Below, one piece after another: positions 25,382 to 34,493 of a DNA stretch of 64,000 bases. The translations under genes and the position numbers were made by a program. Below the pieces are notes generated by a model. The model made no database searches. It worked only from the letters and a program-made list of their open reading frames with translations, and was not told the DNA's origin. The DNA is from a virus. Taxonomy: Duplodnaviria > Caudoviricetes. Each line of letters begins with the position of its first letter. Positions within the stretch are counted from its first letter, which is position 1. Location: the IMG/VR virus record IMGVR_UViG_2765236019_000001, positions 1-64,000 of that record. One strand, written 5' to 3'.

Positions 25382-25845
25382 TTGCCCCCCACTCGCACAA
25401 AGGACCACACAGTCTTCTCCGGGAAGACCTGATCTACTTCTTCCTCGGTCAGGAGGCCCTCCTGAAAGAGGACGTAGACCTCCTGCGCGTCAAAGACAGG
25501 CCGAGGGGGGAAGAGACGGTCGTAGACGCTCTTCTCCTTCCCTATGCGGGAGGCCGCGTCCTCGTCCACCTCTCGGGTAACGCTCCGCTGATATTTGAGC
25601 CCAGTAAACGACTTCCCGCCCACCTCATAGGAACGGCCGAGGTCGAGGGCGTAGCTTCCCTTCTCGTCACGGACACCGAACTCCCGAAGGTCTTCGATCA
25701 TCTCCTGCTTCAGGGAGTCGAGGAGCATCTGCTGAGCTGCTACGCGATCCCTGATCATGGCCCAACGGGCCGCTTTCCGCTGGAAATCGGACTCCGGAGT
25801 GTTGGCGCTGACGTAGCTCGCCAGAGGGGCGTCGCTGAACTCCAT
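25378..25845 (-). CDS. Hypothetical phage protein (coiled-coil N-terminus)
   Basis: SD GGGAG, first gene of the operon. Confidence 0.7.
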   Translation of the reverse strand: MEFSDAPLASYVSANTPESDFQRKAARWAMIRDRVAAQQMLLDSLKQEMIEDLREFGVRDEKGSYALDLGRSYEVGGKSFTGLKYQRSVTREVDEDAASRIGKEKSVYDRLFPPRPVFDAQEVYVLFQEGLLTEEEVDQVFPEKTVWSFVRVGGK

Positions 25846-25937
25846 GGGATTCTCCCGCTGGTCGTTAGATGGCAGCGGCAGGGCATGTCCAGGCGTGCCA
25901 TTGGCGGCCGTTGGCCTCCCCCTGCGGCTCTACAAGA

Positions 25938-25982
25938 ACAGTACAACAGATGCACAGTTTCTCAACACCTTCACATCTGTTG
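25938..25982 (-). promoter_or_regulatory. Housekeeping-sigma-like promoter TTGAGA-N16-TACTGT with an overlapping inverted repeat
   Basis: -35 at 25965-25960, -10 at 25943-25938. CAACAGATG (25944-25952) / CATCTGTTG (25974-25982). Confidence 0.5.
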
Positions 25983-26132
25983 AACACTTGTTGGTAGCTG
26001 CTCGGGGCGCGGTGCCCAAAGTGGCCGGGCGAGGACGTGCCAGTAGCAGGCGGAAACCGACTGTGCAGTCTTACGGGGGGAACAAGGCTTGCTGGCTAGT
26101 TCCCCGCGAGGAGAGGGTGCCGCGGACGTCAA

Positions 26133-27749
26133 TCAGGCGGTGCGGCGCAGGACATCCAGAGACCGGACGAGGTTGGCGCGCAGGGACTCCACGTCAGCGA
26201 GCACCCGGCCGTCGTCGTCGGCGCCTCGGCCGTCCAGGATCGCCCTGGCAGTGCGGCGCTTGATCGCCAGGCGCTCCATGCGGCGTTCCTCGATCGTGTC
26301 CTGCGCCACGACGTTGACGACCTCTACCTCCTCGAAGAGGCTGCTGGCCCGGACATGGCGGGTGTTGCGCTGGTCCATGGCACCGCTGCTGTCGCGCTGG
26401 TCGTAGTTGAGCAGCAGACGTGCTTCGGGGAGGTCGAGGCCGTAGCCACCGGCATCGCTGGCGAGGAAGAGGCGGACATCAGGCTCGGAGGCGAATACGG
26501 CCTTCGCCTCTGCTTTCTCTTTCGCCGTCAGGTCTCCGGTGAAGTAGACGGCCGTCCACTGCTTCAGCTCGGCGGCCACCGCGGGCAACACGCCCTTGTT
26601 GAAGCTGAAGAGGATGACCTTGAGTGTGGGGTCGGCCGTCAGACGCTTCCGCAGGTAGCGCACCACCGCGTCGAGCTTGGGCGAGCGGGTGACGTCGTCG
26701 AGGATGCCCCGGTCGACGAGGCGTGCGGCGTACGTGCTGCCGCCGTCTCCAGCGGCGTGGGCGCCTGCCGAATCCCGCAGCAGCTCAGGGTGGTTGATGA
26801 GCATCTGAAGGGCGGAGAGCCGGGCCATGACGCGTCCCTGCACGGTGGTGCCGCTCTCCGCCCGACCGGCGTACACGGCGGCGAGGTCGAGGGTGCCGAA
26901 CCCACCGAGCTTGTCGAGTTCCTTCAGCAGATCCTGGGCGATCTGCTCGTAGGCGGACAGGGTGCGTGGCCCGAGGCGGACCGGGAGGACGGTCTCCTTC
27001 ACCTTCGGCATATACGGGGCCACGTCGGCGTCGCGGTAGGTACGACGGATCATGGCGTCGCTGATCTTGCTGTGCAGCAGCGGGAGGTTGCGGTACGCGA
27101 CCGGGATGCCGGAGCGGGAGCGGTGGATGAACGCCTGGTCGAAGAGGTCCCAGCGGCCGAGCACGCTCGCGTCGATCCACTCGAAGATCGAGAAAAGTTC
27201 CTCGGGCTGGCCGTTGTCGATGACGGTGCCGGACAGGCCGAGCCGATAGCTGGCCGTCAGCCTCTTCAGCTTCTTCGACCGCTGTGCCCGGAAGCTTTTG
27301 ATGAAGCTTGCCTCGTCCAGGACCACTGCGTCCGGCCGGATTTTCCGGACGCGCTTCCAGTCGTGGATGACGGCTTCATAGCTGACGATGACGTACTCGG
27401 GCCGCTGTGCCAGGATCTGCTCGTACTGCCGCTCCTTCTGCGCCTTGGAGCCGTCGACCACGACGCAGGCGGAGTCGTCTGGGACCACGACGGAAGCCCG
27501 ACCCACCCGCCGCCGCTTGGTCGGCACGTCAGTGAAACGGGCGAGCGATTCGGCCCACTGCCATTTCAAGGAGGCGGGGACCACGATCATGCACGTGTCG
27601 ACGTCGTCCTTGGCGAGCCACTCCTCCATGACGGCTATGGACAGCACTGTCTTGCCGAGGCCCATGGTGTAGGCGCACAGCATCGCTCCTCTCTCGACTA
27701 TGCGAGAGAAATCGTCCTCCTGATATGGGTGCAGTTTTCCGGTGAACAC
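26133..27749 (-). CDS. SNF2-family helicase
   Basis: MGLGKT, VLDEAS, LSGT, SPKL and SDAGGYGLDL. Confidence 0.93.
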   Translation of the reverse strand: MFTGKLHPYQEDDFSRIVERGAMLCAYTMGLGKTVLSIAVMEEWLAKDDVDTCMIVVPASLKWQWAESLARFTDVPTKRRRVGRASVVVPDDSACVVVDGSKAQKERQYEQILAQRPEYVIVSYEAVIHDWKRVRKIRPDAVVLDEASFIKSFRAQRSKKLKRLTASYRLGLSGTVIDNGQPEELFSIFEWIDASVLGRWDLFDQAFIHRSRSGIPVAYRNLPLLHSKISDAMIRRTYRDADVAPYMPKVKETVLPVRLGPRTLSAYEQIAQDLLKELDKLGGFGTLDLAAVYAGRAESGTTVQGRVMARLSALQMLINHPELLRDSAGAHAAGDGGSTYAARLVDRGILDDVTRSPKLDAVVRYLRKRLTADPTLKVILFSFNKGVLPAVAAELKQWTAVYFTGDLTAKEKAEAKAVFASEPDVRLFLASDAGGYGLDLPEARLLLNYDQRDSSGAMDQRNTRHVRASSLFEEVEVVNVVAQDTIEERRMERLAIKRRTARAILDGRGADDDGRVLADVESLRANLVRSLDVLRRTA

Positions 27750-27755
27750 CTGCTA

Positions 27756-27785
27756 AGGCTCGTCCTTAGCTCCGGACTTGTGTTA
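27756..27785 (-). promoter_or_regulatory. TAACAC-N18-GAGCCT promoter, probably leaderless
   Basis: 6 nt between the -10 and the GTG. Hairpin GCTAAGG/CCTTAGC overlaps the -10. Confidence 0.5.
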
Positions 27786-27789
27786 GTCG

Positions 27790-28770
27790 TTATGCCGCGC
27801 ATTGCTTGAGGCGCCGACGGAGCGGCGTGTACGCAGCGTCGTAGCAGTCCCAGATCTCTTCGTCGGTCATCTCACCGGGATCTTTTGCTCCCGTGTCCAG
27901 ATAGTTCCAGTATTTGAGCACGCTTCCTTTGCAGCGGTAGGAGTAGTAGAGCTGAGTGCGGGCAGACCGCCCGGCCGAATCGTTATCCTGGGCGAGGATG
28001 ATGGTGTCTGCCATGCCGAGCGCCAGGTCCATCTGCGCGCGCGACGCGTGAGCGCCGTAGGTCGCCTTGCCCCCGTCGATTCCCGCGGAGTAGAGACGCA
28101 CCGCGTCCAGAGGAGACTCCAGCAGCACGAGGGGGCCGTCGAAGTCGATGTGGGCGCCGAAGAGCGAGGTGCCCTTCGCTACGCCGTCGGGGTAGTTGCG
28201 GAAGTGGCGCTTGGACTTCTCCTGCCAGCCGAGCAGTTCGCCGTCCACGCTGCGGATCGGGAGTATCCAGCAGCGGCGGGGGCGGGTCAGGTCCCATCGG
28301 ACCCCGAATTTCTCGCACGCGTCGAGCGTCAGGCCACGTTTGCGTCTGGCGGCTTCCGGCGGCGTGGTGAAGAGAACCATCTGCGCCTCGGACACCGGCT
28401 CCCCTGGTTCGACTTCGCTATGGCGGTCGTCTCCCTTGAGCAGCCGAAGAGCCCGGCCGATGGTGCCCTTCGAGGCGATCCATGCATTCGCGTGCGCCGA
28501 GTCGGTGCCCTGCATGTAGGCAACGAAACGAGCGAAAGATCCGGCCCAGTCGCAGGAGAAGCAGATGAACTGGCCAGAGTGGCTGTGGATGTAACAGGAG
28601 GGCCTGCGGTCGTGCTTGCCGGTGCGCTCCAGGTGGGCGGGGCAACGGAGTTTGTAGTTGTCGCCGTCGTCCCCCAAGACCTCGACGCCGAGGTCAGCTA
28701 GGGCAGAGAGTACGTCACCAGGGATGAGGTCGTCATGCCGCCTGGCGATCGAACCACTCGTCCGCCCCAT
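27790..28770 (-). CDS. DNA primase (CHC2 zinc finger + TOPRIM)
   Basis: CPAH...CFSC, LLESPLD, QDNDSAG and KDPGEM. SD GGAGGT. Confidence 0.9.
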   Translation of the reverse strand: MGRTSGSIARRHDDLIPGDVLSALADLGVEVLGDDGDNYKLRCPAHLERTGKHDRRPSCYIHSHSGQFICFSCDWAGSFARFVAYMQGTDSAHANAWIASKGTIGRALRLLKGDDRHSEVEPGEPVSEAQMVLFTTPPEAARRKRGLTLDACEKFGVRWDLTRPRRCWILPIRSVDGELLGWQEKSKRHFRNYPDGVAKGTSLFGAHIDFDGPLVLLESPLDAVRLYSAGIDGGKATYGAHASRAQMDLALGMADTIILAQDNDSAGRSARTQLYYSYRCKGSVLKYWNYLDTGAKDPGEMTDEEIWDCYDAAYTPLRRRLKQCAA

Positions 28771-30010
28771 CGTCACCTCCCTGCCCGTACCCGAAATCGA
28801 CCTTGGCCTCCTGGAAAGTTGACGTCTCGTAATCCCACACGAGAAGGAATTCATCGTTGGGACAATTTCTGGAGGCCATGATCTTGAGCTTGGACTCCTT
28901 TGGGACGTCGGTGGCTTCCACACCGATCAGCACGTCACAGTCCTGCTCGAAGGCGCTGGTGTAACCGACGCTGCCTGCGGACAGACCGCCAGCGCCCAGC
29001 TTCGAGCGGAGGGACTGTGTGGTGACGATGACGGGGATCCCGCAAGCTCGCGCGAGTTGCTTGCTCCCACGACTGATGTTGGTGAGCGCCGAGTTCGTCA
29101 TCTTCTCCCCCGTGATTTCATCGCGGAGAAAATAGATACCGTCGATGAGAACCACATCGGGCTTGACATCGTCGATCTTTGCCTGGATGGAGCCAAGGGT
29201 TGTGGTGGCCTTGACGTCCTCAGAGATGACGAAAGGTGTGGCGGCCTCTTCCATCTTGCGGATGGCTTTCTCCAGCCGCTTGAATTCGAGCTTGTCCAGG
29301 TCGCCGGACCGGAGCTTGGTCAAGGAAACCTTCGCCGCAATGGCGTCAACACGCTCGCTCAGCTCGGAGGCGATCATCTCGAAGGAGAAGACGAGCACCG
29401 TGTAGCCCAACGCGTTGATGTGCTGGGCCACCGTGATGGCGAGCTGCGTTTTGCCGGACTTCGCAAGACCGGTGAAAACGATGAGCTGACCAGGCTGAAG
29501 TCCCCCAGTGGCCTTGTCCAGCAAGTCGAAACCGGTGGGCAGCCCGCGGAGTTCGCCGTCGAGTTCCGCGTACTGCTGGTAGCGCTCCAGGCGCTCGTCG
29601 CCGGTCTGGGCCAAGTCGTAGTCGACGCCGGACGGCACGTCGTCCGCGATTGTCTGGAGCATCTCCCGGACCAGGCGCAGCGCTTCCTCGGTGTTGCCCT
29701 CCTCCCATGTCTCCGCGGCGAGGGTGAGGCCCTTCTCTGTGAGGGCGCGTCTCTTCGTCTCGCGGATGGAGTCGATCAGATACGCCAGTGGCTCTTCAAC
29801 TTCAAGAAGCTTGAAGGTGGGGAAGTCCTTGCGCAGCACATCGGCCGTCGGGGCACAGCCGTATTCCTGTTGGTAGGCGAGCAGAGAAGCATAGACGCTT
29901 CGGCGATCGGGGTCGTGGAAGTGTCGGGGCTTGATACCTGCGGCGATGGCGCTGCGCAGGTCGCCGCAGGTAATGATTTTGGATATGAGCTTGTGCTCGA
30001 CGTGCGCCAA
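28733..30010 (-). CDS. dnaB: DnaB-like replicative helicase
   Basis: PTGFDLLDKATGGLQPG, GLAKSGKT, FSFEM, IDG and FEQDCD. TTG start inferred. Confidence 0.92.
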   Translation of the reverse strand: MAHVEHKLISKIITCGDLRSAIAAGIKPRHFHDPDRRSVYASLLAYQQEYGCAPTADVLRKDFPTFKLLEVEEPLAYLIDSIRETKRRALTEKGLTLAAETWEEGNTEEALRLVREMLQTIADDVPSGVDYDLAQTGDERLERYQQYAELDGELRGLPTGFDLLDKATGGLQPGQLIVFTGLAKSGKTQLAITVAQHINALGYTVLVFSFEMIASELSERVDAIAAKVSLTKLRSGDLDKLEFKRLEKAIRKMEEAATPFVISEDVKATTTLGSIQAKIDDVKPDVVLIDGIYFLRDEITGEKMTNSALTNISRGSKQLARACGIPVIVTTQSLRSKLGAGGLSAGSVGYTSAFEQDCDVLIGVEATDVPKESKLKIMASRNCPNDEFLLVWDYETSTFQEAKVDFGYGQGGDDGADEWFDRQAA

Positions 30011-30044
30011 GGCTGTCCGTCCGATGTGGTGGTCCGCTGTGAGT

Positions 30045-30710
30045 TCAGGTGCTTGCGGCGCGGTAGTCCGGGCCGCTGACGTAGACGATGTCGAACGCCT
30101 CCATGGCGAAGGAGGCGGTCGACTCGTCGTACACGGCGGCCCATTCGCCACCGCGCAGATTCGTGGTGATGATGGTCGGCAGCATGGCGTCGTGCCGGTG
30201 GCGCAGCAGAGTAGTGACCTGCTGCGCGGCATAGCCGGATGCGGTGCGGTGCTCCTTGCCGACGTCGTCGAGGACGAGCAGTGGCACGGTGTAGAGGCGC
30301 GTTTCGAGTTCGGCGAACCGCTCAGTCTCCGCGATGGCGGCCTCGCCGCCGAGGCCCTTGTCCACCTTGTTGTGCAGGGTGAAACTCTTGGTCTTGGACT
30401 GGACGTAGTCGGAGAAGCGGATGAAGTGTCCATCGACTTGGTACTTGCGGCAGATGGAGACCAGTGCCGCGCATGCCTGTGTTGTTTTGCCTCGGCCGGG
30501 CTCGCCCGAGAGCATCACGCCTCTGCCGAGTCGGGACCGGTCGCTGGGGAATTGGTGGAGCGGGGTGTCCTGGGGGATGTGGCGGTTGGGCCAGTCGAGG
30601 TGGAGGTCGATCAGTTCCTGGAACGGTTCGTCGAGGTCGCCGAGCCTGATTCCCCACGTACGGCCGGGCAGGCCCATCTGCCGCCAGTAGTAGGAGGAGT
30701 TGACGGTCAT
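30045..30710 (-). CDS. DnaC/IstB-like AAA+ helicase loader
   Basis: GEPGRGKT, LVLDDVGKE and TIITTN. Confidence 0.88.
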   Translation of the reverse strand: MTVNSSYYWRQMGLPGRTWGIRLGDLDEPFQELIDLHLDWPNRHIPQDTPLHQFPSDRSRLGRGVMLSGEPGRGKTTQACAALVSICRKYQVDGHFIRFSDYVQSKTKSFTLHNKVDKGLGGEAAIAETERFAELETRLYTVPLLVLDDVGKEHRTASGYAAQQVTTLLRHRHDAMLPTIITTNLRGGEWAAVYDESTASFAMEAFDIVYVSGPDYRAAST

Positions 30711-31255
30711 CACCGCCTCACCGCCGCGGCCCACGGGTCGGGCGTTGTCGGGTGGTAGCCGCCCCAGTTCTCGGTGATTTCCCGTGGGATGTCCAGCTGC
30801 TCAGCGGTTGCCCACGGGTCCGCCCTCGGCGGGGGCGCGGCTTGGGCCAGGAGGTCGTTGATGACAGCCCGGTAGAGGGTCCACGGCCTCTTCGCGGTGT
30901 GGTAGCGGGGGTTCGCAAAGAACTGGTCGATGCTGGCTTTGAGGGCGGCCGGGCCATGCCCGGCGTCGAATGCCTCGCGGAAGGTCTTGCCGAGCCCGCC
31001 TCGGTTGGTGTGGCCGATGAGGTGGTCGGCCCAGCGCGCCCGGGAGATGCACCGCGTCCAGTGGTTGACGAGGTCGTTGACCCCCCAGTCCTCCACCGGG
31101 CGTGCCAGGCCCTTCGTCGACTGGGTGTCTGCTGGCTCCGAAGGATTCCACAGGGTGTCCTGTACGGCCTGCATTGGGTTCAGGTCGTCATCGTCACGCT
31201 GTATTTTGCGGGGCGGTTTCTTCTCCAGTCGACGTGGCTGCCAGGAGCTGGTCAA
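30710..31255 (-). CDS. Hypothetical protein (possible replication initiator)
   Basis: SD GGGAGG before the TTG, directly upstream of the DnaC-like loader. Confidence 0.55.
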   Translation of the reverse strand: MTSSWQPRRLEKKPPRKIQRDDDDLNPMQAVQDTLWNPSEPADTQSTKGLARPVEDWGVNDLVNHWTRCISRARWADHLIGHTNRGGLGKTFREAFDAGHGPAALKASIDQFFANPRYHTAKRPWTLYRAVINDLLAQAAPPPRADPWATAEQLDIPREITENWGGYHPTTPDPWAAAVRR

Positions 31256-31295
31256 CGGTGCCTCCCTCTCTGCTGTGCGGTTTTGCGCGCTCCGC

Positions 31296-31325
31296 ACACT
31301 ACGCAAGGGATGAGAAACTCCTCAA
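31296..31325 (-). promoter_or_regulatory. Housekeeping-sigma-like promoter TTGAGG-N18-TAGTGT
   Basis: Matches the HrdB-type pattern, upstream of the replication initiation operon. Confidence 0.55.
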
Positions 31326-31625
31326 CAGGTGACCATCTTTTTGAGGGTAGTTGGTATACGTTCCCTCGCGAGCCGCTAGGCGAGTCGATAGGGGCGTAGC
31401 CCCTTGAGGGCTTCGCCCATCCTTCGCAAGCTCAGGAGCGATAGAAGAGGGAGGGTTCGGCTCCCGCGCAGTGGGTGATGGCCAAAGAAACACTGGGCCC
31501 ATTGATTTCATTCCGTCGCGAAAAGTGACGCGCATCACACCAACTGCGGTGTTGTTTGTTGGTACGCAGCACGACGCTTGGCGCAATCACGTTTTCGAGA
31601 AGGGGGACCTTATTCTGGCCCGGTA

Positions 31626-31671
31626 AGCAAAAGAACCTCGGCTACCTCTCCCCGGCCGAGGTTCTTTTGCT
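31626..31671. terminator. Bidirectional intrinsic terminator
   Basis: Perfect 17-bp inverted repeat AGCAAAAGAACCTCGGC/GCCGAGGTTCTTTTGCT. Confidence 0.8.
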
Positions 31672-31677
31672 ATGCGT

Positions 31678-32706
31678 CTAACCCCTGTTGGGCTGATACT
31701 TGACCCACTTTCCCTTCGCGTGATCCATCACAATGTCGTGGATCTCCACGCCCTTACGCGGGCGCCCCTTAAGGGGGAGGTACTCCTCCAGCTCCTCGTT
31801 GTACCAGCCACGGCGTACCTCAACATCCGGTTCCGCGCCCGGTGCCTCCGCAGGGGAAGCCTTCGGGTCCGCTGCTGCATCGGCGTCAGGCTCCGCACTG
31901 CGCAGGGCCACCTTTATCTCGTAAAGTGCGTCGCGCTCCGCAGTGAGGTCTGCGGAGAGTGTGCTGTCCACGGTGATGAGGACGCTCTCGACGACCTCGG
32001 TGAGACGGCGCAGCAGCGGTATCAACTCCCCGGTAGCTGGGTCGCCTGCGGCGTGCGGCGCTTGTGAGCGGTGTGCCTCTGCGATGTCCGCGTCAATGTC
32101 CGGCGCGGCTTCCCCCGCAGACTTGCGCGTCGTAGGCATCAGGTCCTTGCCCTCTTCGGCAGGGGCGTCGTCTTCCTGGCTGGCGATCATGCGCTCGGCG
32201 GCGGCCTGTACCGGGTAGGGCATGAGAGCACATCCGAGGTCCAGCGTTTCGATTCCCGCCGTCGAGGCCGCGGTGATGAGTTCGTCGCACCCTGCGTTTG
32301 TGCCTTCGCCTCCGTTGGTGTCGGTCAGGATGAGCAGCGTCCGGTCGCCCTCCTGCTCACGGAGGTATGCGAGCATCTCCGCGTAAATCTCTTCGATGCC
32401 CTGGGATGCCTGCGCCTGTTCCGCATTTTCTACGATGAGCTTCACTCCCCGGTCATCGGTGTGGTTCTCCGCGTAGATAGTGGTGTAGTCGATGTTCGCG
32501 CGGCCTGTCCAGTTGTATACGTGCTGGAGCGTCCTCGAAATAAGGTCAGGGTGAGCCGGGAAAACGAAATGCGTATCCCGTGCGCGCTGGGTGGGTACGA
32601 ACTTCTCGCCGCTTTCTTCGTAGCCAAGCCAGTCGGTCAGTAGGTCGTAGACGGCCGCCTTGCTGATGGCTCCGGTTCCGGCGATGGCCACAGTGCGCTG
32701 AGTCAT
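31678..32706 (-). CDS. Acidic hypothetical protein with a Rossmann/SLOG-like N-terminus
   Basis: TVAIAGTG start, SD AGGAG, its own transcription unit. Fold is a guess. Confidence 0.7.
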   Translation of the reverse strand: MTQRTVAIAGTGAISKAAVYDLLTDWLGYEESGEKFVPTQRARDTHFVFPAHPDLISRTLQHVYNWTGRANIDYTTIYAENHTDDRGVKLIVENAEQAQASQGIEEIYAEMLAYLREQEGDRTLLILTDTNGGEGTNAGCDELITAASTAGIETLDLGCALMPYPVQAAAERMIASQEDDAPAEEGKDLMPTTRKSAGEAAPDIDADIAEAHRSQAPHAAGDPATGELIPLLRRLTEVVESVLITVDSTLSADLTAERDALYEIKVALRSAEPDADAAADPKASPAEAPGAEPDVEVRRGWYNEELEEYLPLKGRPRKGVEIHDIVMDHAKGKWVKYQPNRG

Positions 32707-32795
32707 GCTGCTCCTGAGTCAGAGGGAAAGCTCCACCCTGGATTTTATGCCTTCCTCCGCGATATCTTCTCAATTTTTAAGGGACGATCTGATGC

Positions 32796-34490
32796 TTATG
32801 CCTGTGGTGCACTGGCGTAGCGCAGGTCGTACGGTGTGCCGTGCTCGATGTGATCGCCGAGGACCTCGGCCAGTCGACGCTGGAGTGTGCGGCGCTCGCG
32901 GTAGTAATGCGACCGGGCGTGCTCGGTGACATCCCAGTCCTCCCACAGGTAATCCGGGTTCTGGCCGCTGCCGTCGAAGTACGGGCGCAGCACGTCGCCC
33001 TCCTCCAGGAGCACGTCATCGAGGTAGAAGGAGCAGACGGCGCCACTGTGGTACGTCTCAGGGTCAGGGCCCACCCACGCGGACACCCAGCGGTGCACGC
33101 CAGGCGGTGGGGTGAATATGTGGGAGATCCTGACCCAGTCGCCCTCCGTTCTTCCACGTGTCTGGCGCGCTTCCGCCGTGGATTCGCCCGGGTAGATCTC
33201 GCGCACCAGCCCCTTGCCAGGCACGTGAGTTGTGATTTCCACCCAGAGGCGGACAGGCACCGTGCTCTGCGGCTGTTCGGCGACGTACGCGGACAGGGTG
33301 TGTGGACGCCCCATGGTGATGATCTCCAGGGGGGTGGCGGCTGCTTGGGAGCTGGCGCTGGTGCCCAGTCCGATACGTGTGCCGGGCGCGGGCGGGTCGG
33401 TCGGGGACGCCGTCGCGGCGAAGCTCGCTGCGCCCGGCCGTGCTCGGCCGGTGGAGGACTGGATGGTGACTGTGCCTGGCTGGGTGCCTGGGAGGTAGGT
33501 GAGCCAGCCTGCGGCGTCGTTGGTGAGGGAGGGGTTGCGGGCGAGGTTGACGCGGTTGGCCCGCAGGTTGATCGTCAGGTGGCGGGCGGCCTGGTATGGC
33601 TCGGCGGGGCGGTTTGTTCGCAGGGTCTGGTAGCGAAGGCCGAACGCGTCGCAGTGGAAGGGCTGCGTGGTTTGCAGGCGGATGGTGACTGCGGCGTAGC
33701 GGGCGTTCGCCGGGGGTGTGGCAGTTCCTTGGTACGACGACCAGGCCCAGGCGCCGTTGGTGGTGAAGGTGGTGACGGTGCTGGTGCTGAGCAATGCCTG
33801 ATCGGCGCCGTAGAAGTGGACCAGCAGCTCGCCTGGGGTGGGTGACTCCGTGGCGACGGAGCCGTTGGCGATCAGGGAGCTGTTGGTGGTCTCCAGGCGT
33901 GCCAGGGCTGCCGCGGTGGGTTGCGGCCCGGCCCAGGGTGCCTCAGTCGTCGGCTCGCACCTGAGACTGCGTGCGCCGACCAGGGCGCGGTCGGTTGACA
34001 GGGCTGTGCGGCACGTCGGGCCGCTGTAGCAGCAGGAGGTGAGCTGGTAGGCGGCGTCGCGGGGCAGGATGTTGACGGCGTTCTGCCGGGTGACCATCGC
34101 CGATCCCACCTGTATCTGTGCTCCTTGGGCGAGGGCGGGCAGTCTCAGGCGCACCTCGGCGTAGCGTGCGGCCGGGTAGGCGCTGTTTGCGGCGGGCACG
34201 GTGGTGGTGAGGGAGGCTCGCCGCCAGCCGTTGTTGGTGTCGGTGACTGCTGCGTTGATGACTTGGAGCGCTGCGGGGTCCATGCGGGCCGTGCGGACGG
34301 TCTCGGCGGTGGTGTTGTACTGGGCGATGCCGAGGTCGCTGTACGAGGCGCCAGGCCCTCCGGAGGCGACGAGAGCCGATCCGCTGATGGGTGCGATCAA
34401 CGTGCCCTCTAAATCGTTTGTGCGGGAGGCGAGTCGGGCGGTGGCATGGGGCTGGAGCAGGGCCTGGTCGGTGATGGGCATGGTCGTCAT
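32796..34490 (-). CDS. Tail/baseplate protein with carbohydrate-binding-like domains
   Basis: ANRVNLARNPS and LDDVLLEEG...PYFDG motifs, last gene of the tail operon. Confidence 0.8.
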   Translation of the reverse strand: MTTMPITDQALLQPHATARLASRTNDLEGTLIAPISGSALVASGGPGASYSDLGIAQYNTTAETVRTARMDPAALQVINAAVTDTNNGWRRASLTTTVPAANSAYPAARYAEVRLRLPALAQGAQIQVGSAMVTRQNAVNILPRDAAYQLTSCCYSGPTCRTALSTDRALVGARSLRCEPTTEAPWAGPQPTAAALARLETTNSSLIANGSVATESPTPGELLVHFYGADQALLSTSTVTTFTTNGAWAWSSYQGTATPPANARYAAVTIRLQTTQPFHCDAFGLRYQTLRTNRPAEPYQAARHLTINLRANRVNLARNPSLTNDAAGWLTYLPGTQPGTVTIQSSTGRARPGAASFAATASPTDPPAPGTRIGLGTSASSQAAATPLEIITMGRPHTLSAYVAEQPQSTVPVRLWVEITTHVPGKGLVREIYPGESTAEARQTRGRTEGDWVRISHIFTPPPGVHRWVSAWVGPDPETYHSGAVCSFYLDDVLLEEGDVLRPYFDGSGQNPDYLWEDWDVTEHARSHYYRERRTLQRRLAEVLGDHIEHGTPYDLRYASAPQA

Positions 34491-34493
34491 CAG

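Noticed and set aside
26355-30758. Long plus-strand ORFs (26355-27809, 27802-28701, 29057-30079, 29931-30758)
   Set aside because: Antisense shadows of the helicase, primase and loader genes, as expected in high-GC3 DNA.
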